Source: Chiloscyllium plagiosum
Taxonomy: Eukaryota
DNA: 64,000 nt
Reading direction: 5' to 3'
Assembly (NCBI RefSeq): GCF_004010195.1
Contig: NC_057751.1
Coordinates: 15,484,241 to 15,548,240 of the forward strand
The stretch's first letter is position 1. The number at the start of each line of letters is the position of its first letter. Position numbers and translations under genes: made by a program. A model generated the notes under the pieces. That model saw only the letters and a list, made by a program, of their open reading frames with translations, ran no database searches and was not told where the DNA came from. Of this stretch, positions 26,345 to 39,460 are shown piece after piece.

Positions 26345-28123
26345 CCAACATTTGACAGACTTCCACCAACTTGTCTCATTATTACCTCACTACTGCTAGC
26401 TGGGTTACCCAGCCTCAATCATCACCTTGCCGTGCCTTTACTATCTGGGGTCTGGGCTTTGAAATATCAAGAAACAAATGCTTTGTCTCATCAAAGTGCG
26501 TGCTCGAAGGGGCATCAGTCCCACATTGGTACTTTGCCAGGGGTTGACAGGAGTTGAGCGATTGGTGATTTGCATTGGTACCCATGAACAACCTCCCACC
26601 CGCCATACCTCACCCCAGGAAGATCAGAGCAACCGGCATGGCAATAGTGGGAACACTATCACTGTCGTCACACCTTCCTAAATTAGAAATATGGGAAATA
26701 GGAACAAATGGAGACCATCTGGTCCATCAAGCCTGCTCTGCCATTTAACTGGGTCAGAGCTGACCTACCTCAATGCCATTTTCCTGCACTATCTCCAAAT
26801 CCCTTGCTATCTTTAATATATCGAACATTAGGATAGAGCATCCACAGCCCTTTGGTGTAGAGAATTCCAAAGATTGACTGCCCTCTGAGTGAAGCAATTC
26901 CTCCTCATCCCATCTAAAATGGCCAACTTCTTAGTGTGAGGTTGTGTTCCCTGGTTAAGGACTGCACAGCAGCCCTTGCTCAGCCAGGTGGTAAAATCCA
27001 TGCTGTATCTACCCTGTCCAGCTGTGTGAGTATTTTGAATGCTTTAAGGAGATCACATTTCATTCTTCTAAACAGTTACAGCCTCCTCAATCTCTCTTGG
27101 ACTTGAACATACAGTGCCCATGGCGCAATACAGAATGACAGGAGTATATTCAGCATGAGGATTACAACATTCTGTGATGATAAATTTTACAGATAGAGAT
27201 CAGTACTTCTGATGGATCTATCAGTGCACTGGCTGCCAGTCCACAATCCTGTGCCAAACAAGGCACATGCCATGTCAAATGAAGCATAGCACTAGCTTTT
27301 CTCGAAAGCTGGCACTGACAGGTGCACTAGAAGATTTTAAAAACAATGAGCAGATTTTAAACACAGAAACTGGGTGCTAAACGCCATGATCGAACTACAC
27401 ATTGCCAAGAATTCTCACCTGGCTGTGGCAAGGATACCAAAAGCTGCCTATTATACCTCCATTTAAGATATGTCTCAAGCTGTCAACTGCCTATGAGTTG
27501 TAATATAGTCAATATTAATTCAAGGAGGAGCAGAGATTGAAAATGAGCATGGGTTTGAAGAACTGAAAGTTTTTTTTTAATCCATGTGGGTGTCACTGGC
27601 TAGGCTAGCATTTATAGCCAACCCTGAACTACCCTTTCTGAATTGCTCTTGAGGAGGTGTTCAGGCGCCATCTGAGTAACTTGCATTTCAGAGGGCTGTG
27701 AAGAGTTAATCATATTCCTGTGGATCTGGGGTCCCCTATGGGCTAGACCAGGTAACAACAGCAGATTCCTCCACTCAAGCAACTGGCTGTTTACAACAAT
27801 CCAGTGTACTATTAGTGAGACCACGATTTCATTCTTCATTTATTAATCAATTGAGTGCAAATTCCCCTCAGGTATTTGAGCTCTGATCTCCAGAACATTA
27901 GCCCAGCCTATTGATTGCCAGTTCAGTAATATTAACACTTTGCAACCATCCCCAGCCTCAGAGACGTGTGATAGCTCCTCATTAGAGTGCACTGAGGGAG
28001 GGCAAAAAACGTGCAAGGACAAGTGCATTCAAAGAGATGAAACAGAACAAGAACATAAGTGATACAGGTAGAAGGCAGAGCAGATCACAGTCAGGTGAAA
28101 GCCAAAAATTCAATTATTCCTAC

Positions 28124-28226
28124 CACGCAATGCGGCTTTCTTCCAGTATCCATCTCGCACTTCTACATAATCGTACCAGCACAGCCGGCTCCTGAATGTG
28201 TCCATAGCCGTGAAGTTTAGAATAAT
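28124..28226 (-). CDS. bmp1: BMP1 exon ~9: CUB1
   Basis: ttaaag|...GTG|gtagg; [35 protein letters not shown]; 103 nt. Confidence 0.95.
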
Positions 28227-28456
28227 CTTTAAAAGTAAATGAGGTAAAGTCATGATAGGAACAGTCCTCAAATTGAAAACTGAGTTGATTCATCTGAGTT
28301 GATTTTTATTTTTATGGGGTATTATAAAACAGGTGATAGCAAGCCAGCAGCCACATTATTCCATCTCCTCTGGTCTACATTTCCATTGCTAACTCAATAA
28401 AAAAGGGGAACCGTAAAATGGGCTTCATTTTTGTTACCATCCATTTCACAACACTG

Positions 28457-29744
28457 AGAGAAAATGAGGATTGCAGATGCTTGAAAGTCAGAGTCAAAAT
28501 GTGTGGCGCTGGAAAAGCACAGCAGATCAGGCAGCATCCGAGCAGCAGGCATTTCGGGCAAAAGCCCTTCAAAAGGAATGTTGGGAGTGGAGAGGGGATG
28601 GGGGCTAAGAATAAATAGGAGGGTGGGGTGCGGGTGAAGGTAGCTGGGAAGGCGATAGGTGGATGCAGGTGGGGGATAAAGGTGGTGGTTGGAGGGGAGG
28701 GTGGAGCGGATCGGTAGGAAGCAAGATGGACAAGTGGAACAGGTCAAGAGGGTGGTGCCAAGTTGGGAGGTTGGGACTGTGATAAGGTGGGGGGAGGGAA
28801 GATGAGGAAATTAGTGAAGTTGACGTTGATGCTGTACGGTTGAAGGGCCCCAAGGCGGAAGATGAGATGTTCTTCCTCCAGTCATCGGGTGGCTTGGTTT
28901 TGGCGGTGGATGAGGCCCAGGACTTGCACGTCCTTGGTGGAGTAGGAGGAGGAGTTGAAGTGGTCGTCCACAGAGCAATGGGATTTTTTGTTGCATGTGC
29001 TCCGGAGATGTTCCCCGTAATGCTCTGTGAGTTGGCGTTCTGTCTACCCAATGTAGTGGAGACCACATCAAGAGCAATGTGCATAGTAGATGAGGTGGGT
29101 GGATGTTTTCACATCTGGCAGAGATCTTCCTGCACATCCAACCACCTCATCTACCATACCCGATGCTCTCAATGTGGTATCCTCTATATCGGGGAGACAG
29201 AACGCCAACTCGTGGAGCACTTCAGGGAACATCTCTGGGACACATGCACCCAAAAAGTCCTCTGCCCTGTGGCCGAACACTTCAACTCCCCCTCCCACTC
29301 CATCAAGGACATGCAAGTCCTGGGCCTCCTCCACCACCAAAACCAAGCCATCAGACGAGTGGAGGAAGAACATCTTATCTTCCACCTTGGGACTCTTCAA
29401 CCACACGGCATCAACGGCAACTCCACCAGTTTCCTCATCTCCCCTCCCCCAACCTCATTTCAGATCCAATCCTCCAACTCAGCACCGTGCACTTGACCTG
29501 TCCCATCTGTCCATCTTCCTTCCCACCCTATCTGCTCCACCCTCCCCACCGACCCATCACAATCACCAGCCCCCCCACTTGCAACCACCTACCGCCTTCC
29601 CAGCTACCTTGCCGCTAGCCCAACCCCAACCCGCCTATTTATTTCTCAGCTCACCCCCACCTTCCTGATGAAGGGCTTATGCCTGAAACGTTGACAGTCC
29701 TGCTTCTCAGATGCTGCCTAACCAGCTGTGCTTTTCCAGCGCCA
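28457..29744. mobile_element. Penelope-like element as ~640 bp inverted duplication (GIY-YIG endonuclease remnant and terminal repeat on both strands)
   Basis: SCTSNHLIYHTRCSQCGILYIGETERQLVEHFREH...VAEHFN...EEEHLIFHLGTLQPHGIN on +, mirror copy on -; TSD catttcaca(a/g)cactg at 28442-28456 and 29745-29759. Confidence 0.88.
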
Positions 29745-30829
29745 CATTTCACAGCACTGTACAAACTCAATCCCTTTTCAATGCACTTGAAAGCAGTATC
29801 TCATCTCATCCACAATGGATCACGTTATAGGCTTGATGGTGGGCAGGACTGCCAGCAGAAGCCTGCACTGTGTGAGGATAAATGGTCACCTGCCTGTGGT
29901 TTTTCCCAATTACTGACTCGACAGCAGCCTCACTGTCCTTCAAGGCTCACCAAGCCCAGGGGACAACAGAAGGTCTTTCAGCTTTAAAGCCAACTAGGAT
30001 GCCACAAGCGTCTCAGTGAGTGAAGGAGAGAGAGAGGTAGCACCATTTTGCAGCACACTCTCCCTGGGGATATTTTGCTCTAAATTGAAACAAAAATGCA
30101 TTCAAAAGCTGGGCTCTTTAGAGCTTTGATTAGGGGTGAGGGTTGGAGAGGGATGGTGATAGCCTGCTGCTGAACCCAGGGAGACAGACTGTGCCTATAA
30201 GCCTGCCTGCAATGCTGTTCTCCACCCTCTCTGCCATTAAGTCTGCACTGCCTCTCCCTATTACTTCTGCCAAACGGTCAATTCTGTTAACCTAGCCATG
30301 CTCTGATGCAGTCAATTGCTGCCGCGCTTCGTAAGGTCGTGAGGTTTTGATTTTTCTTTTACCATGTTACATGTGTTGAGACAAGAGACTTTTACTCAGC
30401 ACCGTGCAATTGGGAGGGACATCTGGATACAAAGCCATGGTCCCAGGGGTGAGAAGATAAAGTGGTTTCCCATTACGTCAAGCATTTCCTGTTCTTTTCC
30501 CTGTTCCACCCACCAGCTTGTGAGAAACGTACAGGGTTATGAGGCAACATTCCCACAGATGACCTCATGGATGGACCTGTCCATTCCAGCCCCGTCTCAG
30601 AAGTAAATGCTGGTTATGGCACATTGAAATGAATCACCTCATGAGACTATCATTGGTCAAAGGGAGGGGCATCACTTTAACCCTATATGTGCCTCAAATG
30701 GTTTCACACCAGCCCCAGGAGCAAGGACAATGGTTTTGTAGGTGGTGGACTAATTTGTGAATAGTTTGGTGGGGGTGAAGGTATTTGAATGGCTTAATAG
30801 GTTCAAGGTGGTTTGTGAACAGGGTGGGG

Positions 30830-31690
30830 TTTAGAGGGGTCGGGGGAAGTTTGAATGAGCTTGGGGTGGTTTCTGAATGGTTTCGGGTGGCGGTCTCTGA
30901 ATGGTTTCAGGGAGAGGAGTTTGAATGGGTTCAGGGTGGTTTCTGAATGAGCTTGGGGGGGCAGGAGTTTGAATGGGTTTGAGGTGATTTCTGAATGGGT
31001 TTGAGGGTGGCAGTTTCTGAATTGGCTCAGGGTGGTTTCTAAATGGGTTCGAGGTGGTTTCTGAATGGGTTTGAGGTGATTTCTGAATGCTTTCGGGTGG
31101 TGGTTTCTGAATGCTTTCGGGTGGTAGTTTCTGAATGGGTTCAGGGCGGTTTCTGAATGGGTTCAAGCTAGTTTCTGACTGCATTTGAGGTGGTTTCTAA
31201 ATGGATTTGAGGGTGGTCGCTGAATGGGTTCAGGGTGATCTCTGAATAGGTTCCGGTGGTTTCTTAATTGGTTTAAGGGTGGTTTCTGAATGGCTTTAAG
31301 GGTGGTTTCTGAATGGGTTTGAGGGTAGTTTCTAAATGGGTTTGAGGTGGTTTCTGAATACGTTCAGGGTGGTTTCCAAATGGGTTTGGGGTAGTTACTG
31401 AATGGGTTTGGGTTGGTTTCTGAATGGGCTCAGAGTGGTTTCTGAAGGGGTTCGGAGTGGTTTCAGAATGGGTTTGGGGTGATTTCTGAATGGGTTTGAG
31501 GGTGGTTTCAGAATGGGTTTGGGGGTGGTTTCTGAATTGGTTCAGAGTGGTTTCTGAAGGGGTTTGAGTGTGGTTTCTGAATGGGTTTGAGGGTGGTTTC
31601 TGAATGGGTTTGGGGTGGTTTCTGAATGGGTTTGGGGTGGTGGTCTCTGAATTGGTTGGGGAGAGGAGTTTGAATTGGTTCAGTGAATAG
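30830..31690. repeat. Minisatellite, ~22-25 bp unit (gggtggtttctgaatgggtttga), ~35 copies
   Basis: Repeated tttctgaatggg motif with strong G/T strand skew. Confidence 0.95.
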
Positions 31691-31731
31691 CTTTTCTGCA
31701 TCCCTATTATACAAAGGCTGAAGACTCGCAC

Positions 31732-31847
31732 CTTCTCTCCAGGAGTTACGGAAATCCTCCAAATGCAGTGCGTGAAAGATGAATAGCCGTTCGGGAAGCC
31801 GGGAGAAGAGAAGTTACCCATGGAGTCTTGAAGCGTTTCCCCACAAG
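31732..31847 (-). CDS. bmp1: BMP1 exon ~8: CUB1 start
   Basis: caacag|...AAG|gtgcg; [39 protein letters not shown]; 116 nt. Confidence 0.96.
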
Positions 31848-32534
31848 CTGTTGAAACACAACAACAAGAATTTAACATCTTTCACCAGTATGGAATCTAT
31901 CAACTTCTGATTAAAATGTAACGTTTCAATCAGATCTATTGTACAAGAATTCAAACACAAAATGACTGTCTTATAAATTGACTCTTTGTGTAGTTCATGA
32001 TCTGAATAAATCTTCTGCTGGTCTGAATCCACAAGACTGTCCTGACTGATGCACAAGTGCATAAATATGCCATGTTTACATCCCACATATAAAAGGGAGT
32101 GGATCAAAACAGAACTTAATTTCACAGCACACAAATTAAAAACAGGAAACTGCGTAACTCCAACAGATGCTGTGACAGGGTCAGAGACTTTGGGAGTTGG
32201 CAAGAGTTAGTTGCACTACAGCAGGGCTTTCTAAACTGTCGGTCATGACTTCTAGTGAGGATGAGGCTTGGGGGTGACAAGCTCTGAGGCAGCAAGGTGT
32301 GCCATGAGCTTGGAATGGAAAGGCTTCTTTTGTAAATTGAATTGTTTGGACATGTCAGGACACAGCTCCAGGGCAGCTGGGATTTGAACCCACACCTTCC
32401 AGCCCCGAGATAGGGACATTACCACTGCATCACTCTGAGACTGCACTGAATACAAATAGATGCCAGCCCCCTTTAAATTCTTGCACTGAATTCTGAACAC
32501 ACTATTATACTTCCTTACGATTTGTACAGTAGAT

Positions 32535-32790
32535 TCTGGTACTGAGGGAGCGCTGCACTCAACAGTGCTGTCTTTGCGGGTGAGACATTAAATGGAGCCC
32601 CTTTTTTCCCTCTCATGGTGGGATAAAAGATCACATAGTGAGTACTCCCCAGTGTCCTGGCCAATATTTATCCTGCCAACATCAAAGCTGTTTATCTTGC
32701 TGTTTGTGGAATTACCCATTCCAACATTATGACAGTGAGGACATTTCAAAAATACTTCTTTGGCTGTAAATTGCTTTGCAGGTAGTAAAA
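32535..32790 (+). mobile_element. Deu/SacSINE-like ancient SINE remnant (similar remnants ~2890-3075, 15780-15975, 20060-20380, 50690-50960, 63650-63770)
   Basis: gtactgagggagcgctgcact...tgagacattaaa...ccccagtgtcctggccaatatttatcc...ttgctgtttgtgg. Confidence 0.55.
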
Positions 32791-33344
32791 GACATCACCT
32801 CAACTCTTTGAAGTGCATGTCGTTCAAACTTTGGAAGTGCTCAGACACCTCACAGTTTTACTGAAAAGTTGTCCTCAGTTGTTCGAAAAGGAATGAACTC
32901 TGACCCACACCACAGTTGAGCCATGTCTTGTCTCCTTACAGCAGCCTCATTAGACTCAACAACACTCAGACCACATTAGACTCAATAACACTGAGCTGCA
33001 CACAGCCAAGGAACTCCCAGACATCACATAGCCTTGTTCTAATCACCCTCACCAATTACTTAACAGTCAACAAACCATCTTCAAGCTCTTTTTCTGCATA
33101 ATTTTCCTCTTCCTTCCTTTCTCATTTCCATTATGTTAATTCTCCTGATGTGAGCATTGCTGGCAAGGCAAACATTTATTACCCATTCCAGTGGCCAGCT
33201 CTTGTTCCTGGTATCCTCATTGCCCTGACGAGTTGCCGATTAACATAATTTTCTGGTCCTCCTCAGCATCCAGCTGGTCTGGAGTCACATGCATGCCAGA
33301 CTAGTTAAGTCTTGACTTTTAAACTTTGAATTGCATAGCCTGGA

Positions 33345-34140
33345 CAGCACTGAAACAGGCCATTCAGGGTCAAGCTGGTAAGTGGCAAGTAACATTTGAG
33401 CCAGGTAATGATTATCTCTAATGAGAGAGAATCTAAGCATCGTAGGGAATTACCATTACTTAATCTCCCACTGTCCATGTCCTGGGGTTTACCATTGATC
33501 AGAAACAGAATTGGACTATCCATACAAATGTTGTGACCACAAAAGCAGGTTGGGACTGGGAGCTCTGCAGTGGTTAACTTCTCTCCCATCTCAATAAAAT
33601 GCTTCCACCACTGACAAGGCAGAAATGTGGAGTGTGATGGAATACTTCCCATTTACTTGGATGAGTGCAGCTCCAACAACACTCAAGAAGCTCAACACCA
33701 CCAGGAAAAAGCAGCCTTTCGATCTACAACATATTCGCCAACTTCAATGTTCACAACAACCCCCTGCCCTCCCCAACTCAAACCAGTGTCAGCAGCATGT
33801 GCCTTCTACAAGATGCACTGCAGTAACTTATCAAGCCTTTGATAGCATTCTTTACGACCTTGAAAGGCAAGGGCAGCAGATACATGGGAAAAGTGTCCCT
33901 TGAAAGTTCCTTTCCAAACCGACACACTATCCTGACTTAGAAATATCTCAGCCATTCCTTCAGTGTTGCTGAGTAAAACTCCTGGATCTTCCTCCCTGAC
34001 AGCATTGCGGGATTACCTCCAGCACTTGGACTGCAGCAGTTCAAGACGGCGGCTCACCACCACCATGTTCCAGGGCACTTAGGGATGGTCAATCAATAGT
34101 GGTCTTGCGAGAGTGCCTACATCTTATGAATGAATGTAAA
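33345..34140 (+). mobile_element. LINE 3' fragment, same family as 1-482
   Basis: SVMEYFPFTWMSAAPTTLKKLN; shared tail cagttcaaga..gctcaccaccac..agggatgg. Confidence 0.75.
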
Positions 34141-36524
34141 AATTCGCCTGCTCTCATCCTATCAGCATACCCTTCTGCTCCTTTCACTCTCATGGACTTC
34201 TCCAATTTTCCCTTAAGTTCATCATTGCAGGCTCCCAACTTTAACCCACTTTGACAACCACCAACTTCACAATCGCAATGTACCAGCTCTTTATTTCCAG
34301 ATTGATTCTGAATTAAAGTGAATTAAAGCTCAATTAAAGTGTCTCGGATTATCACGGCAAGAATTTGAATGCTTTTTCTCTGGATTACTGTCCAGTTGTA
34401 TAATTACTACATTAGTGCCTCATTAAAATTAAAATGTAAGGGTACAGTGTCTATGACTTCCCTAACCTATAGGGGACATGTGCATTTATACAGTAAGTGC
34501 TGATGAATTGTTTATCATAGTGAGCATCACTATCTGCTTCAGTATTGAAGAAGAATTCATTCTCCTCATTAATCAGGGGTCGGTGGAACAAGGACGAAAG
34601 GAAGGGTGGAAGGCAGGAGTGATTGGATGACAGAAGACTTAGTCCTTTGAGGCCAAAGTGCACGAAGATGGGGCAAGCAAAAAGTAACAAAAGAGGTGCT
34701 GAGAGCTGGTGTGCTGTTGGCGATTTTCCGCCTGTTTCTTCCCATGCGTTGACTCCACGGCACTTCCTGAGCTGAAGTGCTGGCCTTGCACTCACACAGC
34801 GTGTGTCATTCATGAATGAGCTGGCTGGACTGAACTCAAAGTGACTGATGCCAAATAAGCCCAGGCTGTGATGCTACATCGTTTGCTGCTTCCCAATGCT
34901 ACAAAGCAAACAGAGTTTTGCTGATCTGGGTGGAAGGCATACACAGTGCTCTGTGAGTGAAGCAGGGTGCTTTCCACACTCCTCTACAGAATAGTAATGA
35001 ATGGGGAAGGCAGGAGGACATCCACAGGTAACACACTAAGCACCTCTAACCCTGAGGCAACAAGGCATCAAATTCTTTCATGGGAATTAGGAGTTGATAG
35101 CTGGGCCAGCATTTGTTTTCAATCTCCAATTGCCCTTCAATTTGCTTGCTCATTTCAGATGGCAGTTAAAAGCCAGCCACATTGCCATGGGTCTGGAGTT
35201 AGATGTTGGCCAGACAGGATAAAGATGGCAGATCCCTTCCCGAAAGGCCATTAGAGAACCAAATGAGTTTTTATGGCAAATCAATGATGGTTGTCATGGT
35301 CACCATCACCAAGACTGGCTTCCAACCCAGATACTTCAGCTAGTTTGGAAGTGACCTTCCCTACTAATGTATTGCTTGTCCCTTCAGTGTTACTGGGTCA
35401 AAATCCTGGAACTGTCGAATGCAAATGTAGGTCTACTTACATCAAATGGGCTGCAGTGGCTCAAAAAGGTAGCTCATCACCACCTTCTCAAAGGTAACTA
35501 TGGATGGGCAACAAATGCTGGCTCAGCCAGTGACACCCACATCACATGAACTACTATTTTAAAAATCTGTTGAACTTAAATTCCACTTGCTGATATGGTG
35601 GGTGTCCCCAAGCCGCTGGATTCCTCATCCTGTGACATTACCACGATGCCACTGTTTCCAACAAAATGAACTAACTTGCTCGCTCACTAGCAAAGTCTCA
35701 GTCAACAGTGGCCACTCCTTAAATAGTTCTGTTCAGCTCACAAGGACGGCCCAATCCCTCACCTTCAACAAATCACACTCTTTGTTGGGGAAAATGTGCA
35801 AAGAAAGTCAAATCCTTCTTTCCAGTTTGCACTGGCTAGCTGAACAAGCATTCTGTCAGCGGAGAAAGCTCGCGCTGTGGTACCGCATCCTTTAATCAAC
35901 TGATGGCAAATAAAGTCGGCAAGGCCAGTATAGAGTTCCAGGGTCTGGAACGTGAAGAAAACAATAGCTCGTCTTCTGATGGATGGCGGCAGCAATATTA
36001 AAAATAAGGCTGTAAAGTGCTCGAATTGCAGCTTCCACAGAGCTCTGCTCCCTCTAAAGAATGTGCAAGCGGCCAAATATTTGACAACCCGACAGCATCT
36101 GGCTGAGCCAAGCATCTGGCGAGCACATGAGCAAACAGCTCACCCCATCCTGGCAGCTGGGATGCAGCATTCCTGACTCCAGCTCTACACTCCAAGGAAT
36201 ACCATGTCAGAATTTAGTGGGATATAGAATGAACAGAACTGCACGTTATGGATGTCAAAACAAAATAGCCTCTCCATTGCATAAACACTAATTTCTACAA
36301 CTGATGGCAGCAGTTCTCACAAGCTCAGCTGACAGAAAGAGAAATAGAAATAATGAAAATCTGAAATGATAAGACAAAGTGTCAGAAATGCTCAAGGGAC
36401 GTTTAGAGAAATTTTGCCTGATTCCTTATCTGCTCCCTGAAGGAGTCTTGCCAGGCTAGTTCTTGCACTGATGCTGACAGTATTCTACAGATAGCGCGGA
36501 CACTGGGAGAATGTTGCTTTCAAT

Positions 36525-36866
36525 CATAGAATCCCTACAGTGCTAAAAGAAGTCATTCAGCACCTCGAGTCCACACTGACCCTGTGATGAGCATCCCACC
36601 CAGACCGAGCTCCCCACCCTATCCCGTAACCCTGCATTTCCCATGGCTACTCCACTTAGCTTGCAGACTCCTGGACATTACCGAGCAATTTAGTCTGACC
36701 AGTCCACCGAACCTGCACACGTTTGGACTGCGGGAGAAAACTGGAGCAGCTGGAGGAAACCCATGTAGATATGGGGAGAACGTGGAACTCTACAGTCAAC
36801 TAAAGCTGGAATCAAACCTATGTCCTTGGCACTGTGAGGCAGCACTGATAACCACTGAGCCACTGT
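36525..36866 (-). mobile_element. HE1-type SINE (older copy)
   Basis: catagaatccctacagtg...ggcactgtgaggcagcactgataaccactgagccactg. Confidence 0.82.
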
Positions 36867-38684
36867 CCCGCATTCTTCTTCTGGGGATGAGTAAAACTAG
36901 ACATGCAACACAAGAATTCAGAGCCAGAATAAGCTCTCAGCTCCTCGAGTCTGCTCCGCCAATCATAAGATGATGATTGATCTCCTTGTTACCTTGACGC
37001 CACTTTTCTAATATTCCAAGCCCATGTGCCCAGCATTGAGGCACCAAGCACTCAGAACTAACTCTTTGTTCATCAGTCTGACACCAGTCTTGAAGCAACT
37101 GCCCCACTTGAGACACAGCAGAGACAGTAGGCTTCTGAGGATGGCCTTAAAGCCTCCCTGAAGAGCTCAAGCATCCCTGAGAGATCCCGCCAAATGAAAC
37201 GGAGATGGTTCATCGGGGAAGACAGCAAGCACATCAAAAGACTTTGTTGCAAACATGCAGAGACAAAATACAGACTGAGGGAGCACACATAAATTTCTGA
37301 CAACCCAATCCGCCTAACCCTCCAAGCACCACTTTCTTGCCCCACCTGAGGCAGATCCTGCAGGTTGGAACTTATCAGCCGTCACAGAAATTCCTAAGTT
37401 GAAGTGGAAGCAGATCAGCCTCAGACCTGAGGGACAATCTATGGAGAAAGGCAGCTGAAGGATAACATCTCCTCCCTCGTATTCAAGTCTCCGAGATATC
37501 ACAGCCAGCATTCCATTAGCTTTACTGGTTACTTTCTATCCTTATGGCTTGTCCTGGTAATTGGAAAGCATGCCACATTCACCACAGCCCTGAATCTCTG
37601 AAACCAAAGCATAAACAGCCTTGCTCAGTTTCACAGTGTCTCTCTCCCTTGAGGGTGAACACGTCAGTGAGATTCTGCCTTCCTCCCTTCACAGGACAGG
37701 CATCATACCCTTGTTCTCAAAAAACATCCCCCCCCTCCACCCCCGACCCCCCACCCCCACCAGCACAAAGCAGATTGGACCCTCCTTCACTGCACAGCAA
37801 AATGCACACATTGATTGAAACACAATTACAGTGACCACAAGCCCTCTTTAATTTGCACAAACAGGCATTGTCAATGCCTATATTAAATAACGTGCTTCCA
37901 ACAAGGAGGCAGGGCTTTTGGATCCAGCCCCTCATTAGCAGAACTTGGCACTCGGCTCATCCTGTTGCCTTCTGCAGAACGCCGTAAACTTAATGAAGGG
38001 CAATTTTGCAAAGCGCAGGAGGGGAGATCAGCCAGTCGTTTATTAACCTCTCACCGAATAAACAATCCTAATAACAAAACTGGGTCAATGTCAGCCTATG
38101 CTGCTGTGCTTCTGCCTGCAGGCGTTCATTGCTGAGTCAGCTGAACGGGATAAAGAAATGAAAAACACATTGGAAAGACTAACAGATCTTTCCAGTCGGT
38201 GACCTCTTTCAGGAACAGCAAAATGTACATATAATCAGTTTGGAGGAGGTCAACCTTGCTTCTAACAGGGAGCAGGTCCTCATTTTGCCATGTGTGCTTC
38301 AGGTTTCAGCCTCTGGAACAGGACAGACAATGAACTGGTTTGAAGTGGCATCAGGTGACAGAGGGAAAGCTGCCTGAAAGCCCTTTGTCTAAAGATCAGT
38401 GCCCGTAACACGTCAGAAGAAAAGCACAACTTTGTACTTTTAAGAGCCATTAGGGAACATGGCTGCTTCTTTAAATGAAGATTAATATCCGAAGTATCTG
38501 CTTTATCCTCACAATGGTGAAAGGATATATGATCAAGGTATAGTCAGTCCCACGAGTCGTAGAGCCTGTGGTGAGTTGAACTGCAGCTCACAGCTACCGC
38601 ACGCATTCCAGTGGATACTTACTGAGTACCTACTGCAAAAGCACTTAGAAAACCTTACAGCTCAGGAAGAGATTATTTACAATC

Positions 38685-39460
38685 ACAGAGATGTTCAGAA
38701 CGCAAACAGACCCCTCAGTGCAACTCGTTCTTGCCCACCCGATATCCGAAATTAATCTATTTCAGTATTTGGCCCATATCCCTCGAAACCTTTCCTATTC
38801 ATGTACTCATCCAGTTGCCTTTCAAATACTGTAACTTCCACTCCATCCTCTGGCAGCTCATTCCATACATGCACCACCCTCTGCCTGAAAAGGTTGCCCC
38901 TTAGGTTCCTTTTAAATCTTCCTCTCTCACCGTAAACCTATGCCCACTAGTTTTGGACTCCTTGACTCTCGTAAAAAGATCTTGGTTATTCATCCTATCG
39001 ATGCCTTTCATGATTTTATAAACCTCTATAAGGTCACTCCTCAGCCTCCAACACTACAGGGAAAATAGCCCCAGCCTATTCCGCCCTCCCGATAGCTCAA
39101 ATCCTCCAACCCTGGCAACATCCTCGTAAATCTTTCCTGAACCCTTTCAAGTTTAACAACATCTTTCCTTTAGCAGGAAGATCAGAACTGAACACAGTAT
39201 TCCAAAAGTGTCTTAAACAATGTCCTGTACAGCTGCAACATGACCTCCCAACTCCTGTACTCAATGCACTGATTGCCAAATGCCTTCTTCACCACCCTGT
39301 CTACCTGCGATTCCATCTTCAATAAATTATGAACCTGTGCTCCAAGTGTTCTCCAGGACCCTATCATTAAATTCGCAAGTCCTGCCCTGATATGTCTTAC
39401 CAAAATACAACATTTCACATTTATCTAAATTAAACTCCATCTGCCACATTTGGCCCATCA
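38685..39460 (-). mobile_element. CR1-type LINE 3' fragment
   Basis: ORF QVDRVVKKAF..IEYRSWEVMLQLYRTL..LEYCVQF; CR1 3' tail. Confidence 0.85.

Noticed and set aside
28840..29496. 218-aa ORF as a host gene
   Set aside because: Chimera of the antisense arm and the GIY-YIG remnant of the inverted Penelope element.
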